A stretch of DNA of 64,000 nucleotides from Symbiobacteriaceae bacterium (GTDB lineage Bacteria > Bacillota > Sulfobacillia > Symbiobacteriales > Symbiobacteriaceae). The notes below the pieces were generated by a model. It was not told where the DNA came from and made no database searches. It worked only from the letters and a program-made list of their open reading frames with translations. The DNA is taken from NCBI GenBank assembly GCA_050789255.1, contig JBOZRQ010000035.1:282-64281 (forward strand), given 5' to 3'. Position 1 is the stretch's first letter. Every line of letters starts with the position of its first letter. Both the position numbers and the translations under genes were made by a program. Positions 36,782 through 44,839 of the stretch are shown piece by piece.

Positions 36782-38980
36782 CTACGCCTTGCTTATTTTG
36801 ACAGCCTGCTGCTTGTAGTTCATCTGCTTGGAGAACTTGTCGACCGCCCACACCGTGAGGGCGTTCACCGGCCCCTCGTTAAAGTGCATCGGCACGAAGC
36901 AGGAGCCCGGGGCGATCATGGCGGTAAGCACTGCCTTGCAGGTGATCTTACCCCGCTTGTTCTCCAGGACCACCTCGTCCCCGTACTCGATGGACATCCG
37001 CTCGGCATCCTTCGGGTTCAACTCCACGTAGGCGGTGGGGACCAGATTGTTGAGCTGCGGCACCTTGCGGGTCTTGGTGCCGGTGTGGTAGTGCTCCTGG
37101 ACCCGGCCGCTGTTGAGCATGAAGGGGAAGTCGCTGTCGGGCACCTCGGGCAGGGGCACTGGGTCCATGGCCCACAGGACCGCCTTCTGGTCGGGTGTGT
37201 TGAACTTGCCGTCAGCGTACAGCCGGGGCGTGCCCTTGCTCTGGGCATCCTTGACCGGCCACTGCAGGCCCAGGTTCTCCTGGATGCGCTCGTAGGTGAC
37301 ACCGGTATAGTCGTTGGGGCGGCCCTTGGTCACCCGCTTGATCTCCTCGAAGCACTCAGCGGTCGTCTTGTAGGGGAAGAGCTGACCGTAGCCCATGCGG
37401 TTCGCCACATCCAGCAGGATGTCGAAGTCGGTGCGGGCCTCCCCGGGCGGCTTGATCGCCGGCTGGAGCAGGTTGATGCGCCGTTCAGCGTTGACCATGA
37501 CGCCGCTCTTCTCCGCCCAGAGGGAAGCGGGCAGGTAGATGTGGGCAAGCTGTGCCGTGTCGGAGGTCTCGTAAGCGTCCTGCACCACCAGCAGCTCCAA
37601 CTTTTCCAGCGCCTTGCGGACCCGGTTCTGGTCGGGCAGGGACATGAGCGGGTTGGTGCAGATCACCCAGAGCGCCTTCACCTTGCCCTCGATCGCGGCG
37701 TCGATGATCTCCGTAATCGAAGGGCTCTTGTCGGGCAGCTTCTTCGGGTCGATCCCCCACAGGGCGGCGATCTCCTCGCGGTGCTTGGCGTTGGCGATGG
37801 CCCGGTACCCCGGGTAGGTGGAAGAGCCGCCGACCTCACGGGCGGCCATGGCCGCCGGCTGGCCGGTGATCGAGAAGGAGCCGCAGCCGGGCTTGCCGAT
37901 CTTGCCCTGGATCAGGTTGAGGTTGTGGAAGGCGTTGTTGGCCTGGGTGCCATTGACCGACTGGTTGATGCCCATGACCCACATGGAGAGCGACTTCTTG
38001 CTGACGCCGTACAGCAGGGCTGCCTCGATGATCTTCTGAGCGGGCACGCCGCAGATCTGGGCGGCGTACTCGGGGGTGTATTTCTCCAGATGCTTGACCA
38101 GGTCGGCGTAACCGGTGCAGTTGGCGTCGATATAGGCCTGGTCGATCAGGTTCTCCCGGATGACCACGTGGGCCATGGCGTTGAGCAGCACCAGGTCGGT
38201 GCCAGGCCTGATCGGCAGGTAGATGTCGGCGATGCGGGCGACCTGGGTCATGCGGGGATCGATGCAGATCAGCTTTGTTCCCTTGGCTGCCCGGGCCTTT
38301 ACCACACGGCCGAAGAGGATCGGATGGCACTCGGCCATGTTGGAGCCGGAGATCATGATCACATCGGCCTCTTCAATGTCGGCGTAGCCGCCCACCGGGC
38401 CGTCGGTGCCGAAGGAGCGGGTGTGTCCCACGACGGCTGAAGCCATGCAGGTACGGGTGTTGCCGTCCAGGTTGGCGGTGCCGATGCCGGCCCGCGCCAG
38501 CTTGCCGAGGGTATAGAACTCTTCCATGGCCATCTGGCCGGTGTTGTAGATGGCGATCGAATCGGGGCCATACTTGGCGATCAGGTCTTTGAACTTGTCG
38601 GTCATGGCGGTCAGGGCCTCGTCCCAGCTGGCCTTTTCCGCCTTGCCATTCTTGCGGATGAGCGGGGTCTTGCCGCGGTCGGACGCCATGATCGCCATCC
38701 ACTGGTAGATGCCCTTTGCGCAGAGAAGCCCGTCGTTGACCGGGTAGCCCTTCTTGCCCCGGATTGCGACGGCCTCGCCGCCCTTGACGCCGATCTCAAT
38801 ACCGCAGCCCGTGCCGCAGAAGCCGCAGGTGGAGTAAATCCACTTTTCGGGCTCCACGTGGGCGGGAGCGGGGCCGCCGCTGACGTAGCTGTTGGTGGCG
38901 AACGCCTCCCCGGCCATTCCCACCGTGGCTGTAGCTGCGAGCGAAAGCTTCAAAAAGGACCGACGGTCCATGCCTCCCAT
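36782..38980 (-). CDS. Tat-exported bis-MGD molybdopterin oxidoreductase catalytic subunit, Nap/Nas-type
   Basis: 732 aa with the twin-arginine signal MDRRSFLKLSLAATATVGMAGEAFA and the N-terminal FeS motif CGFCGTGCGIEI...LCAKG. The Mo-ligand region NTRTCMASAVVGHTRSFGTDGP resembles NapA ARHCMASAVVGF. There is no in-frame TGA. Confidence 0.9.
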   Translation of the reverse strand: MGGMDRRSFLKLSLAATATVGMAGEAFATNSYVSGGPAPAHVEPEKWIYSTCGFCGTGCGIEIGVKGGEAVAIRGKKGYPVNDGLLCAKGIYQWMAIMASDRGKTPLIRKNGKAEKASWDEALTAMTDKFKDLIAKYGPDSIAIYNTGQMAMEEFYTLGKLARAGIGTANLDGNTRTCMASAVVGHTRSFGTDGPVGGYADIEEADVIMISGSNMAECHPILFGRVVKARAAKGTKLICIDPRMTQVARIADIYLPIRPGTDLVLLNAMAHVVIRENLIDQAYIDANCTGYADLVKHLEKYTPEYAAQICGVPAQKIIEAALLYGVSKKSLSMWVMGINQSVNGTQANNAFHNLNLIQGKIGKPGCGSFSITGQPAAMAAREVGGSSTYPGYRAIANAKHREEIAALWGIDPKKLPDKSPSITEIIDAAIEGKVKALWVICTNPLMSLPDQNRVRKALEKLELLVVQDAYETSDTAQLAHIYLPASLWAEKSGVMVNAERRINLLQPAIKPPGEARTDFDILLDVANRMGYGQLFPYKTTAECFEEIKRVTKGRPNDYTGVTYERIQENLGLQWPVKDAQSKGTPRLYADGKFNTPDQKAVLWAMDPVPLPEVPDSDFPFMLNSGRVQEHYHTGTKTRKVPQLNNLVPTAYVELNPKDAERMSIEYGDEVVLENKRGKITCKAVLTAMIAPGSCFVPMHFNEGPVNALTVWAVDKFSKQMNYKQQAVKISKA

Positions 38981-39214
38981 GTGTGCGCTCCTCCCTTATG
39001 AAACTCATGCTCCAATCGTACCGGAGGCTGGCACTTAACCACCATCGGTCGTGTAGGCATAAAAAGTCGTGCCGGTTTTCTCCGGTCTACGCCTTAGATA
39101 TCTTTGATGGCGACAAATCGCAACTAGGCCGCGCAACCGAAGATTGAGGGCTTCTCATACGGTCAATCCCTTGGGATAATGGGTGTATGTCCCCGTCGAA
39201 GGAGGAGCCGCCGT

Positions 39215-40012
39215 TTGAACGTCCTCGCCATTGTCGACCCCATTGCGCTACAGCTCGGTCCGTTCACCATCCGCTGGTACGGCCTGATCTTTGTAAGCGG
39301 TGTTCTTGCCGCCATTTGGACCTCCATGCGGGCTGCGAAGCACCGCGGGCTCGACCCTGAGTTTGTGCCGGATATTTCCATGATTCTGGTGCCCGCCGGC
39401 ATCCTGGGCGCCCGGCTCTACGAGGTATTCGTGCTCCAGTGGGGCTACTACAGCCAGCATCCCGGCGAAATTCTGAAGGTCTGGGAGGGCGGGCTGGCTA
39501 TCCACGGCGGCGTGCTCGGCGCCCTGATCTGCGGCGGCATCTACATTTGGTACCGGAAGCAGTCGTTCTGGCTCTGGGCTGACATGATTGGCCCCGGCCT
39601 GATCCTGGCCCAGGCGATCGGCCGCTGGGGCAACTTCTTCAACCAGGAGGCCTACGGCGGGCCGGCGCCGCAGTCGGTCATCGACAAGCTGCCCGGCTTC
39701 ATCCGGGAGGGCATGACGATCAATGGAGTCGTCATGCACCCGACCTTCCTCTACGAGAGCGTCTGGAACGTACTGGTCTTCGGCGTGCTCTACGCGGTCC
39801 AGCGCCGCAAGCCCCCCGCAGGCGTGGTCTTCAGCCTCTACTTGATCCTCTACAACGTGGGCCGCTACATGATCGAGTCGATCCGCGAGGATAGCTCGTT
39901 CGTCTTTGGCAACGTGCGTGTCGCCCAGTTGATGGCACTGATTCAGATCGTGGTCGGCCTCGGGTTGCTGGTGTGGCATTACCGTCGGGCCCGTCCTAAA
40001 GCCGCCGAGTAA
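39215..40012 (+). CDS. lgt: prolipoprotein diacylglyceryl transferase
   Basis: Lgt-typical sequence (IRWYGLIFVSG..., GRWGNFFNQEAYG). I prefer the TTG at 39215, 8 nt after GGAGG; the track start 39179 is the alternative. Confidence 0.9.
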   Translation: MNVLAIVDPIALQLGPFTIRWYGLIFVSGVLAAIWTSMRAAKHRGLDPEFVPDISMILVPAGILGARLYEVFVLQWGYYSQHPGEILKVWEGGLAIHGGVLGALICGGIYIWYRKQSFWLWADMIGPGLILAQAIGRWGNFFNQEAYGGPAPQSVIDKLPGFIREGMTINGVVMHPTFLYESVWNVLVFGVLYAVQRRKPPAGVVFSLYLILYNVGRYMIESIREDSSFVFGNVRVAQLMALIQIVVGLGLLVWHYRRARPKAAE

Positions 40013-40014
40013 AA

Positions 40015-40060
40015 GCAGGCTCCAGAAGCGCACTGGTCGCTCCTGGAGCCTGCTGTTTTG
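40015..40060 (+). terminator. intrinsic terminator of lgt
   Basis: GCAGGCTCCAG (40015-40025) pairs with CTGGAGCCTGC (40043-40053) and is followed by TGTTTTG. Confidence 0.7.
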
Positions 40061-40078
40061 CGCGGGAGGGGACATAAT

Positions 40079-40237
40079 ATGGCCGCGGATGCGCGGAGTT
40101 CACGGATTTCCGGTCATATCGCGGATGGACCTGGCTACCTTACCCGATGATATATATATCAATATTTACCCAAATATACTCCTTTGATCATCCGCGAATG
40201 TGATTAAAATCTGCGCAGTCCGCGCATCCGCGGCGAT
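40079..40237. mobile_element. 159-bp MITE-like non-autonomous element (copy A)
   Basis: About 50-bp terminal inverted repeats (40079-40128 against the reverse complement of 40188-40237) share the GCCGCGGATGCGCGGA, GATTT and CGCGGATG blocks. The 59-bp core is AT-rich (includes TATATATAT) and AAT flanks both sides. The same TIRs occur at 59202-59657. Confidence 0.6.
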
Positions 40238-40315
40238 AATGGTCCCGTGCAGGAGCCATGGCTGGAAGAGAAGAATCGAGATGGCAAGGGCTCGTGGAAA
40301 GGGGACTCCTGGCGA

Positions 40316-40474
40316 ATGTCTCGGTGGATCATTGCGCTGGCCATTGTTTCCGTGGCCACGGTGGTGGATGGGTTTGCCTGGCGCTGGAAGGATGATCCGC
40401 GGCGGAAGTGGCTGCGGGCGCCGGCGTGGTTTCTGGTGCTCGGGGCGATTCTGGCCCTGATCTGGGCGGGTTAA
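40316..40474 (+). CDS. hypothetical small two-TM protein (52 aa)
   Basis: Internal ATG of track ORF 40247..40474 with a GAAAGGGGA SD upstream. Sequence: MSRWIIALAIVSVATVVDGFAW...WFLVLGAILALIWAG. Confidence 0.35.
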   Translation: MSRWIIALAIVSVATVVDGFAWRWKDDPRRKWLRAPAWFLVLGAILALIWAG

Positions 40475-40490
40475 CGGGAGGTCGGAGACG

Positions 40491-41399
40491 TTGACGGAGC
40501 GGGAACTGGAGCAACTGGACGCAGCCTCCCGGCGCCTTTATGAGATGTACCAGAGAGGGCAGTACACCCTGCTGCTCCATGAGGTCGATGAGTTGGCCAA
40601 GGCCGGGCCGTCGCCGGCCGGGGTGTACGGCGTGGCGGCGATGGCCCTTACGGCCCTGGACCGCTTCGAGGAGGCGGTCATAGCCGCCGGGGTGGCCCTG
40701 CAGCAGGAGCCGAACTGGGCCTGGCTCTACCACGCCTTTGCGGCGGCGAAGGCCGGGCAAAAGGCGACGCAGGAAGCGATTACGGCGCAGACCCGGGCCG
40801 CGGTGCTGGCGCCCGAGGCGCCGATTTACGGGGCTGCGCTGGCGCAGTACCTGCGGGCGTCGGGGCAGGCTGAGCACGCCGCCCATGCTGCCCGCCGGGC
40901 GCTGAAGGCGGACCCCCGGCACGGCGGGGCGCTGGGCGAGCTGAGCCTGGCCCTGCTGGAGCTAGGCGACGCCGCCGGGGCGATGGAGCAGATCAAGCAG
41001 GCGCAGGTGGCCAATCCATCCGACCCGGAGGGGTATATTACCGAGGGCTTGATCCACGCGCGAGGCGGCGCCCGCACCGAGGCCCGCCGGGCGTACCGGG
41101 AGGCGCTCAGGCGGGCGCCCGGCCTGGCCGCCGCCGAGGACCGCATGGCCGAAACGCTCGGCGCACGGGCCCTGGTGGCCAATATGCTGTTGCTGGGCCG
41201 CATTACCCTGGTAGGCTGGTCGATTGTGGCCTTCCTGTACTACGTGACCTTCCGGCTGCTGGAGATGCTGTGGAAGGCGTTCCCGGCCTTCCTCCCCGTC
41301 GGGCGCACCTTGCTGATCATATCGCTGGTCTACCTGCTGGGCGGGCTGGTGGTCGGACGCCTGCTGCGCTGGCTCTTCCGGACCAGCTGGCCGGCCTAG
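40491..41399 (+). CDS. TPR-repeat protein with C-terminal TM helices
   Basis: 302 aa with a TTG start. It has several TPR-like helical pairs, then the hydrophobic stretch LLLGRITLVGWSIVAFLYYV...LLIISLVYLLGGLVVG. Confidence 0.65.
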   Translation: MTERELEQLDAASRRLYEMYQRGQYTLLLHEVDELAKAGPSPAGVYGVAAMALTALDRFEEAVIAAGVALQQEPNWAWLYHAFAAAKAGQKATQEAITAQTRAAVLAPEAPIYGAALAQYLRASGQAEHAAHAARRALKADPRHGGALGELSLALLELGDAAGAMEQIKQAQVANPSDPEGYITEGLIHARGGARTEARRAYREALRRAPGLAAAEDRMAETLGARALVANMLLLGRITLVGWSIVAFLYYVTFRLLEMLWKAFPAFLPVGRTLLIISLVYLLGGLVVGRLLRWLFRTSWPA

Positions 41400-41734
41400 G
41401 CGGTCATCCAGGAACGGAAGGTGGCCAGGAGCACAACCAGCGCCCAGAAGGCGTAGACCAGGGGCTTGCCCCGGTAGCGCTGGCCGAGGGGCAGCTTGGG
41501 CAGCAGGAGCGTTTGGACCACGGCCGCCGTCCCCACCACGATGCCGTAGAACAGGTGCTGGCCGTTGGCCACCTTGCCCTGGATATAGACCCAGTACAGG
41601 CCGATGCTGAGCTGGAAGGCTGCCACGAGGATGGAGACCGGCCACAGCTTGTAGAACCCGTCCGGCACAGACTGGCGGCGCCGGTACCGCAGGGTGGCCC
41701 AAATCACCAAAATCAGATTGATGCCGCCGAGCAT
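41396..41734 (-). CDS. hypothetical integral membrane protein (112 aa)
   Basis: Only the C-terminal 112 codons of track ORF 41396..42655 look coding (MLGGINLILVIWATLRYRRR..., 3-4 TM). A GGGAG SD lies 6 nt upstream of the ATG at 41734. The rest of the track ORF is antisense to the SDR gene. Confidence 0.5.
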   Translation of the reverse strand: MLGGINLILVIWATLRYRRRQSVPDGFYKLWPVSILVAAFQLSIGLYWVYIQGKVANGQHLFYGIVVGTAAVVQTLLLPKLPLGQRYRGKPLVYAFWALVVLLATFRSWMTA

Positions 41735-41768
41735 CGAAGCTCCCACTTGCTTCGCCAATAATGAATCC

Positions 41769-41832
41769 AAGGCCCGCTCATTCCCCTTCCCACAGAGGTT
41801 GCACCCCTGTAGGTTCGGCGTGAGCGGGCCTT
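41769..41832 (-). other. 64-nt two-tier GC-rich stem-loop in the 5' leader of the 41734 membrane-protein gene
   Basis: The outer 12-bp stem pairs AAGGCCCGCTCA with TGAGCGGGCCTT. The inner 7-bp stem has one position that is a C-A mismatch on the plus strand but a G-U pair on the minus strand. Confidence 0.3.
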
Positions 41833-41941
41833 TTCCTGTCCAACCTGTGACCGCAACCGGACAGCGACGGCTCTGGCCCTGTTTTTCCAGCCGCCCCTCG
41901 TGTACGATGACGGTGATGGGACTGATACGGAGGGGTACACG

Positions 41942-42835
41942 ATGGCGTTCGTGCTGGTTGCGGGCGGAACCGGCTTTATTGGATCGCACGTGGTGCGACG
42001 GCTGCTGGAACACGGCCACCGGGTGGCCGTAATGACCCGCGGCGCCGCACGCAGCAAGGTGCCAGACGGGGTCGAACTGCGCACCGGGGACGTGAAGGAC
42101 CCGGCCTCCCTGGAAAAGGCCATGGCCGGGGTTGAGGTTGTAATTAATGCGGTGCAGTTTCCCAACCACCCGGTGGAGAACCCGCGCAAGGGCTACACCT
42201 ACATGGAGGTGGACGGGAACGGCACCGCAAACCAGGTGGCGGCCGCGAAAGCGGCTGGTGTAAAGCGGTTCATATACGTGAGCGGGGCGGGCACTCGGCA
42301 GGGGCAGGGCGCCCCCTGGTTCCAGGCCAAGCTGAAGGCCGAGGGCGCCGTGAAGAGCAGCGGCCTGGCCTGGACGATTTTCCAGCCCTCGTGGGTGTAT
42401 GGCCCGGAGGACCGGAGCCTGAACAAGTTCGTGACCTTTGCCCGCCTCCTGCCGGTGGTTCCCGTGATTGGCGACGGCAAGACCCGGGTGCAGCCCGTGC
42501 TTGTGGACGACCTGGCGGAAGTGGTTGCCGCCAGCGTGAACGAACCCCGGGCCGTGGGCAAGGTGTACGAGGTGGGCGGGCCCCAGGAGCTCACCATGGA
42601 CGAGATCATTCAGACCATGCTGCGGGTGATGGGCAGGCGGCGGCCCCTGCTGCACAACCCGGCCTGGCTGATGAAGATCGCCACGGCACCGCTGACGCTG
42701 CTTCCCACTCCGCCGCTTTCGCCGGCAGCGGTTGACTTTGTGCTGATGGAGGAACCGGTGGACACCGGACCGCTGCTGAGCGATTTTCGCATACGGCTCA
42801 CCCCCCTGGCAGAGGGGCTGAGGTACTTGGCCTAG
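41942..42835 (+). CDS. NAD(P)-binding atypical SDR (NmrA/NDUFA9-like) protein
   Basis: Track ORF trimmed to the ATG at 41942, with a GGAGGGG SD 7 nt upstream. It has the Rossmann motif VLVAGGTGFIGSHVVRRLL. Confidence 0.85.
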   Translation: MAFVLVAGGTGFIGSHVVRRLLEHGHRVAVMTRGAARSKVPDGVELRTGDVKDPASLEKAMAGVEVVINAVQFPNHPVENPRKGYTYMEVDGNGTANQVAAAKAAGVKRFIYVSGAGTRQGQGAPWFQAKLKAEGAVKSSGLAWTIFQPSWVYGPEDRSLNKFVTFARLLPVVPVIGDGKTRVQPVLVDDLAEVVAASVNEPRAVGKVYEVGGPQELTMDEIIQTMLRVMGRRRPLLHNPAWLMKIATAPLTLLPTPPLSPAAVDFVLMEEPVDTGPLLSDFRIRLTPLAEGLRYLA

Positions 42836-43920
42836 GCTCCCTCCTCTTCCTCTTCGTCCGGGAGGGGCCGTATTTCCTCATACCAGGAGGTAGCCTCCAC
42901 AGCGGAGAGCGGAAAGGCGCCAGCATAGTGGGAGACGTCGCCCTCCTGGGTGCCGAACTCGTGGAAGACGAGGGCGTAGATCGGGTCCATGTCGAGGGCC
43001 TGTGCGACCTCGGGGTCCTGCGTTTGCACGTGGACCATTTGGCTACCGGAGACGCGGCCGGTTTGCTCCAGCCAGTGGCCCTTGATTTTCACCTGGTTAT
43101 GGCGGTAGTAGTACCGCTGGATTTCAACCTTGTCGAAGTAGCCCCGCCAGAGGTCGTCGGAGACGCGCTCCATTTGCAGGGCCTTGGCGGCTGCCGGGTC
43201 GGTGGTGGTGGCGGAGTAGCGGCCGTCTTCCTGGCGGTCGCCGAAGCGGAGGTGGAAACCTTCCACGACGGCGTAGCAGCGGTTCTCGATCATGACGAAG
43301 TAGCCCCCGCCCTTCCGCTCCCTGGGCTTGCGCTTGGGCGGGTAAAGAATGCGCTCCTCGGTGATTTCAGCCTTGGGAACGGAGACCACCTGGCCATCTT
43401 CCGCTTGCAGGAGGATGGCCTCTTCGTCGTGCCCCTGAATGCGGCCCTGGTGCTCGCCGGCGGACGACTGGAAGGAGACCGAGTACTCGCGGCCGGCGGC
43501 CGCAATCCATTCGTTGATGCGCTCAATGCGGTCATCCGCCATTTGGCGGAAGTACTGTGCCGCGCAGCGGAGCTTGGCCCGCTGGGTTTCGGCATAGACC
43601 TGCTCGAGCTCCTCGGCGGTTTCACGCGCCTCCTGCGCCGTGTACCAAACGCCATACTCCATTTCCCACAAGGAAAGCGTTTGGGTCAGCGAGAAGGGCA
43701 CCGCGTCCACCCGCTCGGCGGCAAAGGTGACCGGCTCCTGGTACTCACAGTTGAAGTCGCCGCAGACAAGCAACCCCTGCCGGACGGTACCGGGGTCGAA
43801 GTCGTGCCAGTAACCGACCTCCAGCCCTTCTTCGCACTCGTAGGCCGGAATAAGCTCCCGCTCACACACCGGGCAGACCAGCGTGTTCCAACCCTTGTCG
43901 GACAGGTAGATTGGAATCAC
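42832..43920 (-). CDS. hypothetical protein (362 aa) with N-terminal Cys4 zinc-ribbon-like motif and poly-Glu tail
   Basis: GTG start with a GGGAGGTG SD 7 nt upstream. It contains CPVC...CGDFNC and ends PDEEEEEGA. The composition is protein-like and I recognise no domain. Confidence 0.6.
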   Translation of the reverse strand: MIPIYLSDKGWNTLVCPVCERELIPAYECEEGLEVGYWHDFDPGTVRQGLLVCGDFNCEYQEPVTFAAERVDAVPFSLTQTLSLWEMEYGVWYTAQEARETAEELEQVYAETQRAKLRCAAQYFRQMADDRIERINEWIAAAGREYSVSFQSSAGEHQGRIQGHDEEAILLQAEDGQVVSVPKAEITEERILYPPKRKPRERKGGGYFVMIENRCYAVVEGFHLRFGDRQEDGRYSATTTDPAAAKALQMERVSDDLWRGYFDKVEIQRYYYRHNQVKIKGHWLEQTGRVSGSQMVHVQTQDPEVAQALDMDPIYALVFHEFGTQEGDVSHYAGAFPLSAVEATSWYEEIRPLPDEEEEEGA

Positions 43921-44059
43921 GGGATGACACCTCCCTCTACCAGAGACACGAATCTTTTCGCTGACAGGTTCGGTGATTTTTCCCAGGAGAGAAGGAGAAT
44001 CTGCTTTACGTTTGAGAATGAGGTAACGCTAATTCATACCGGTATTGGTGGGATGACGA

Positions 44060-44785
44060 TTGTCTTTGCGGTTTGACGCCATTCTCTTTGACCTCGACGA
44101 TACGCTGTTGGCCTCCATGGACGCGCTTTCGCAGGCCCTGGGCGCCGCCCAGGAGCTGTGCTGCCGCGCGACGGGCGCCGCCCCCGGGGCCTACAAGGCG
44201 GCCAATCAGGCGGTGACAGCCAGGCTGTTTGAGGCGGTGGAGGCCGGGGCCATGCCCTGGGCTGAAGCCCGCGGACGCATCTACGCGGAGACGCTGGCGG
44301 CGCTGGGGCGCCCCGACCCGGACCTGGCCCGAGAGATCGAGCTGCACTTCGGCCAAACCCAGCTGCGGGAGCTGCGCATCTATGACGATGCCGCCGCTCT
44401 ACTCAAGCAACTGAAGGGCCGCCTGCCCATGGGCCTGGTCACCAACGGTGCATCCGATCACCATCCCGAGAGCCAGCGGTCCAAGGTGGACTTCTTCGGG
44501 CTGGAGCGCTACCTGGGCGCCGTCATCATCTCGGACGCGGTCGGGGTGCGCAAGCCAGGCAGGGGCATCTTCCAGGCGGCGCTGAAGGAGCTGGGGGTCG
44601 CCCCAGAGCGGACCCTGTTCGTGGGCGACAACCTGCGGGCGGACATCGGCGGGGCGAATGCGGCCGGGCTGGTGTCGGTGTGGCTGGACCGCCACGGCAA
44701 GGCGCCCGAGGCCTACCCCGCCGGGGCTGTACCTGCCCATGTGGTCGGCTCCCTGGACGAAGTGCCCGGGTTGCTTGGGCTCTAA
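44060..44785 (+). CDS. HAD-superfamily hydrolase
   Basis: HAD motif I FDLDDTL, motif II-like VTNG and motif IV-like GDNLRADIGGANAAG. Confidence 0.85.
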   Translation: MSLRFDAILFDLDDTLLASMDALSQALGAAQELCCRATGAAPGAYKAANQAVTARLFEAVEAGAMPWAEARGRIYAETLAALGRPDPDLAREIELHFGQTQLRELRIYDDAAALLKQLKGRLPMGLVTNGASDHHPESQRSKVDFFGLERYLGAVIISDAVGVRKPGRGIFQAALKELGVAPERTLFVGDNLRADIGGANAAGLVSVWLDRHGKAPEAYPAGAVPAHVVGSLDEVPGLLGL

Positions 44786-44793
44786 CACAGAAG

Positions 44794-44802
44794 TGGTATA
44801 AT
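44794..44802 (+). promoter_or_regulatory. extended -10 promoter element TGgTATAAT
   Basis: Read directly, overlapping the track ATG at 44801. This argues that the real start of the next gene is the ATG at 44840, which has a GGAGAGAGGA SD. Confidence 0.4.
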
Positions 44803-44839
44803 GGTGAGCGACACCGCCCCCGGAGAGAGGACAAGCCAA

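Noticed and set aside
36782-38980. Possible selenocysteine (in-frame TGA) in the molybdoenzyme, as in formate dehydrogenases.
   Set aside because: The ORF is uninterrupted and the Mo-ligand position is a Cys in a Nap-like CMASAV context. No SECIS-like requirement arises.
41735-42655. Upstream 307 codons of the 419-aa minus-strand ORF 41396..42655.
   Set aside because: It is antisense to the well-supported SDR gene (Rossmann motif on the plus strand). Only the last 112 codons, which have their own SD, look like a membrane protein.
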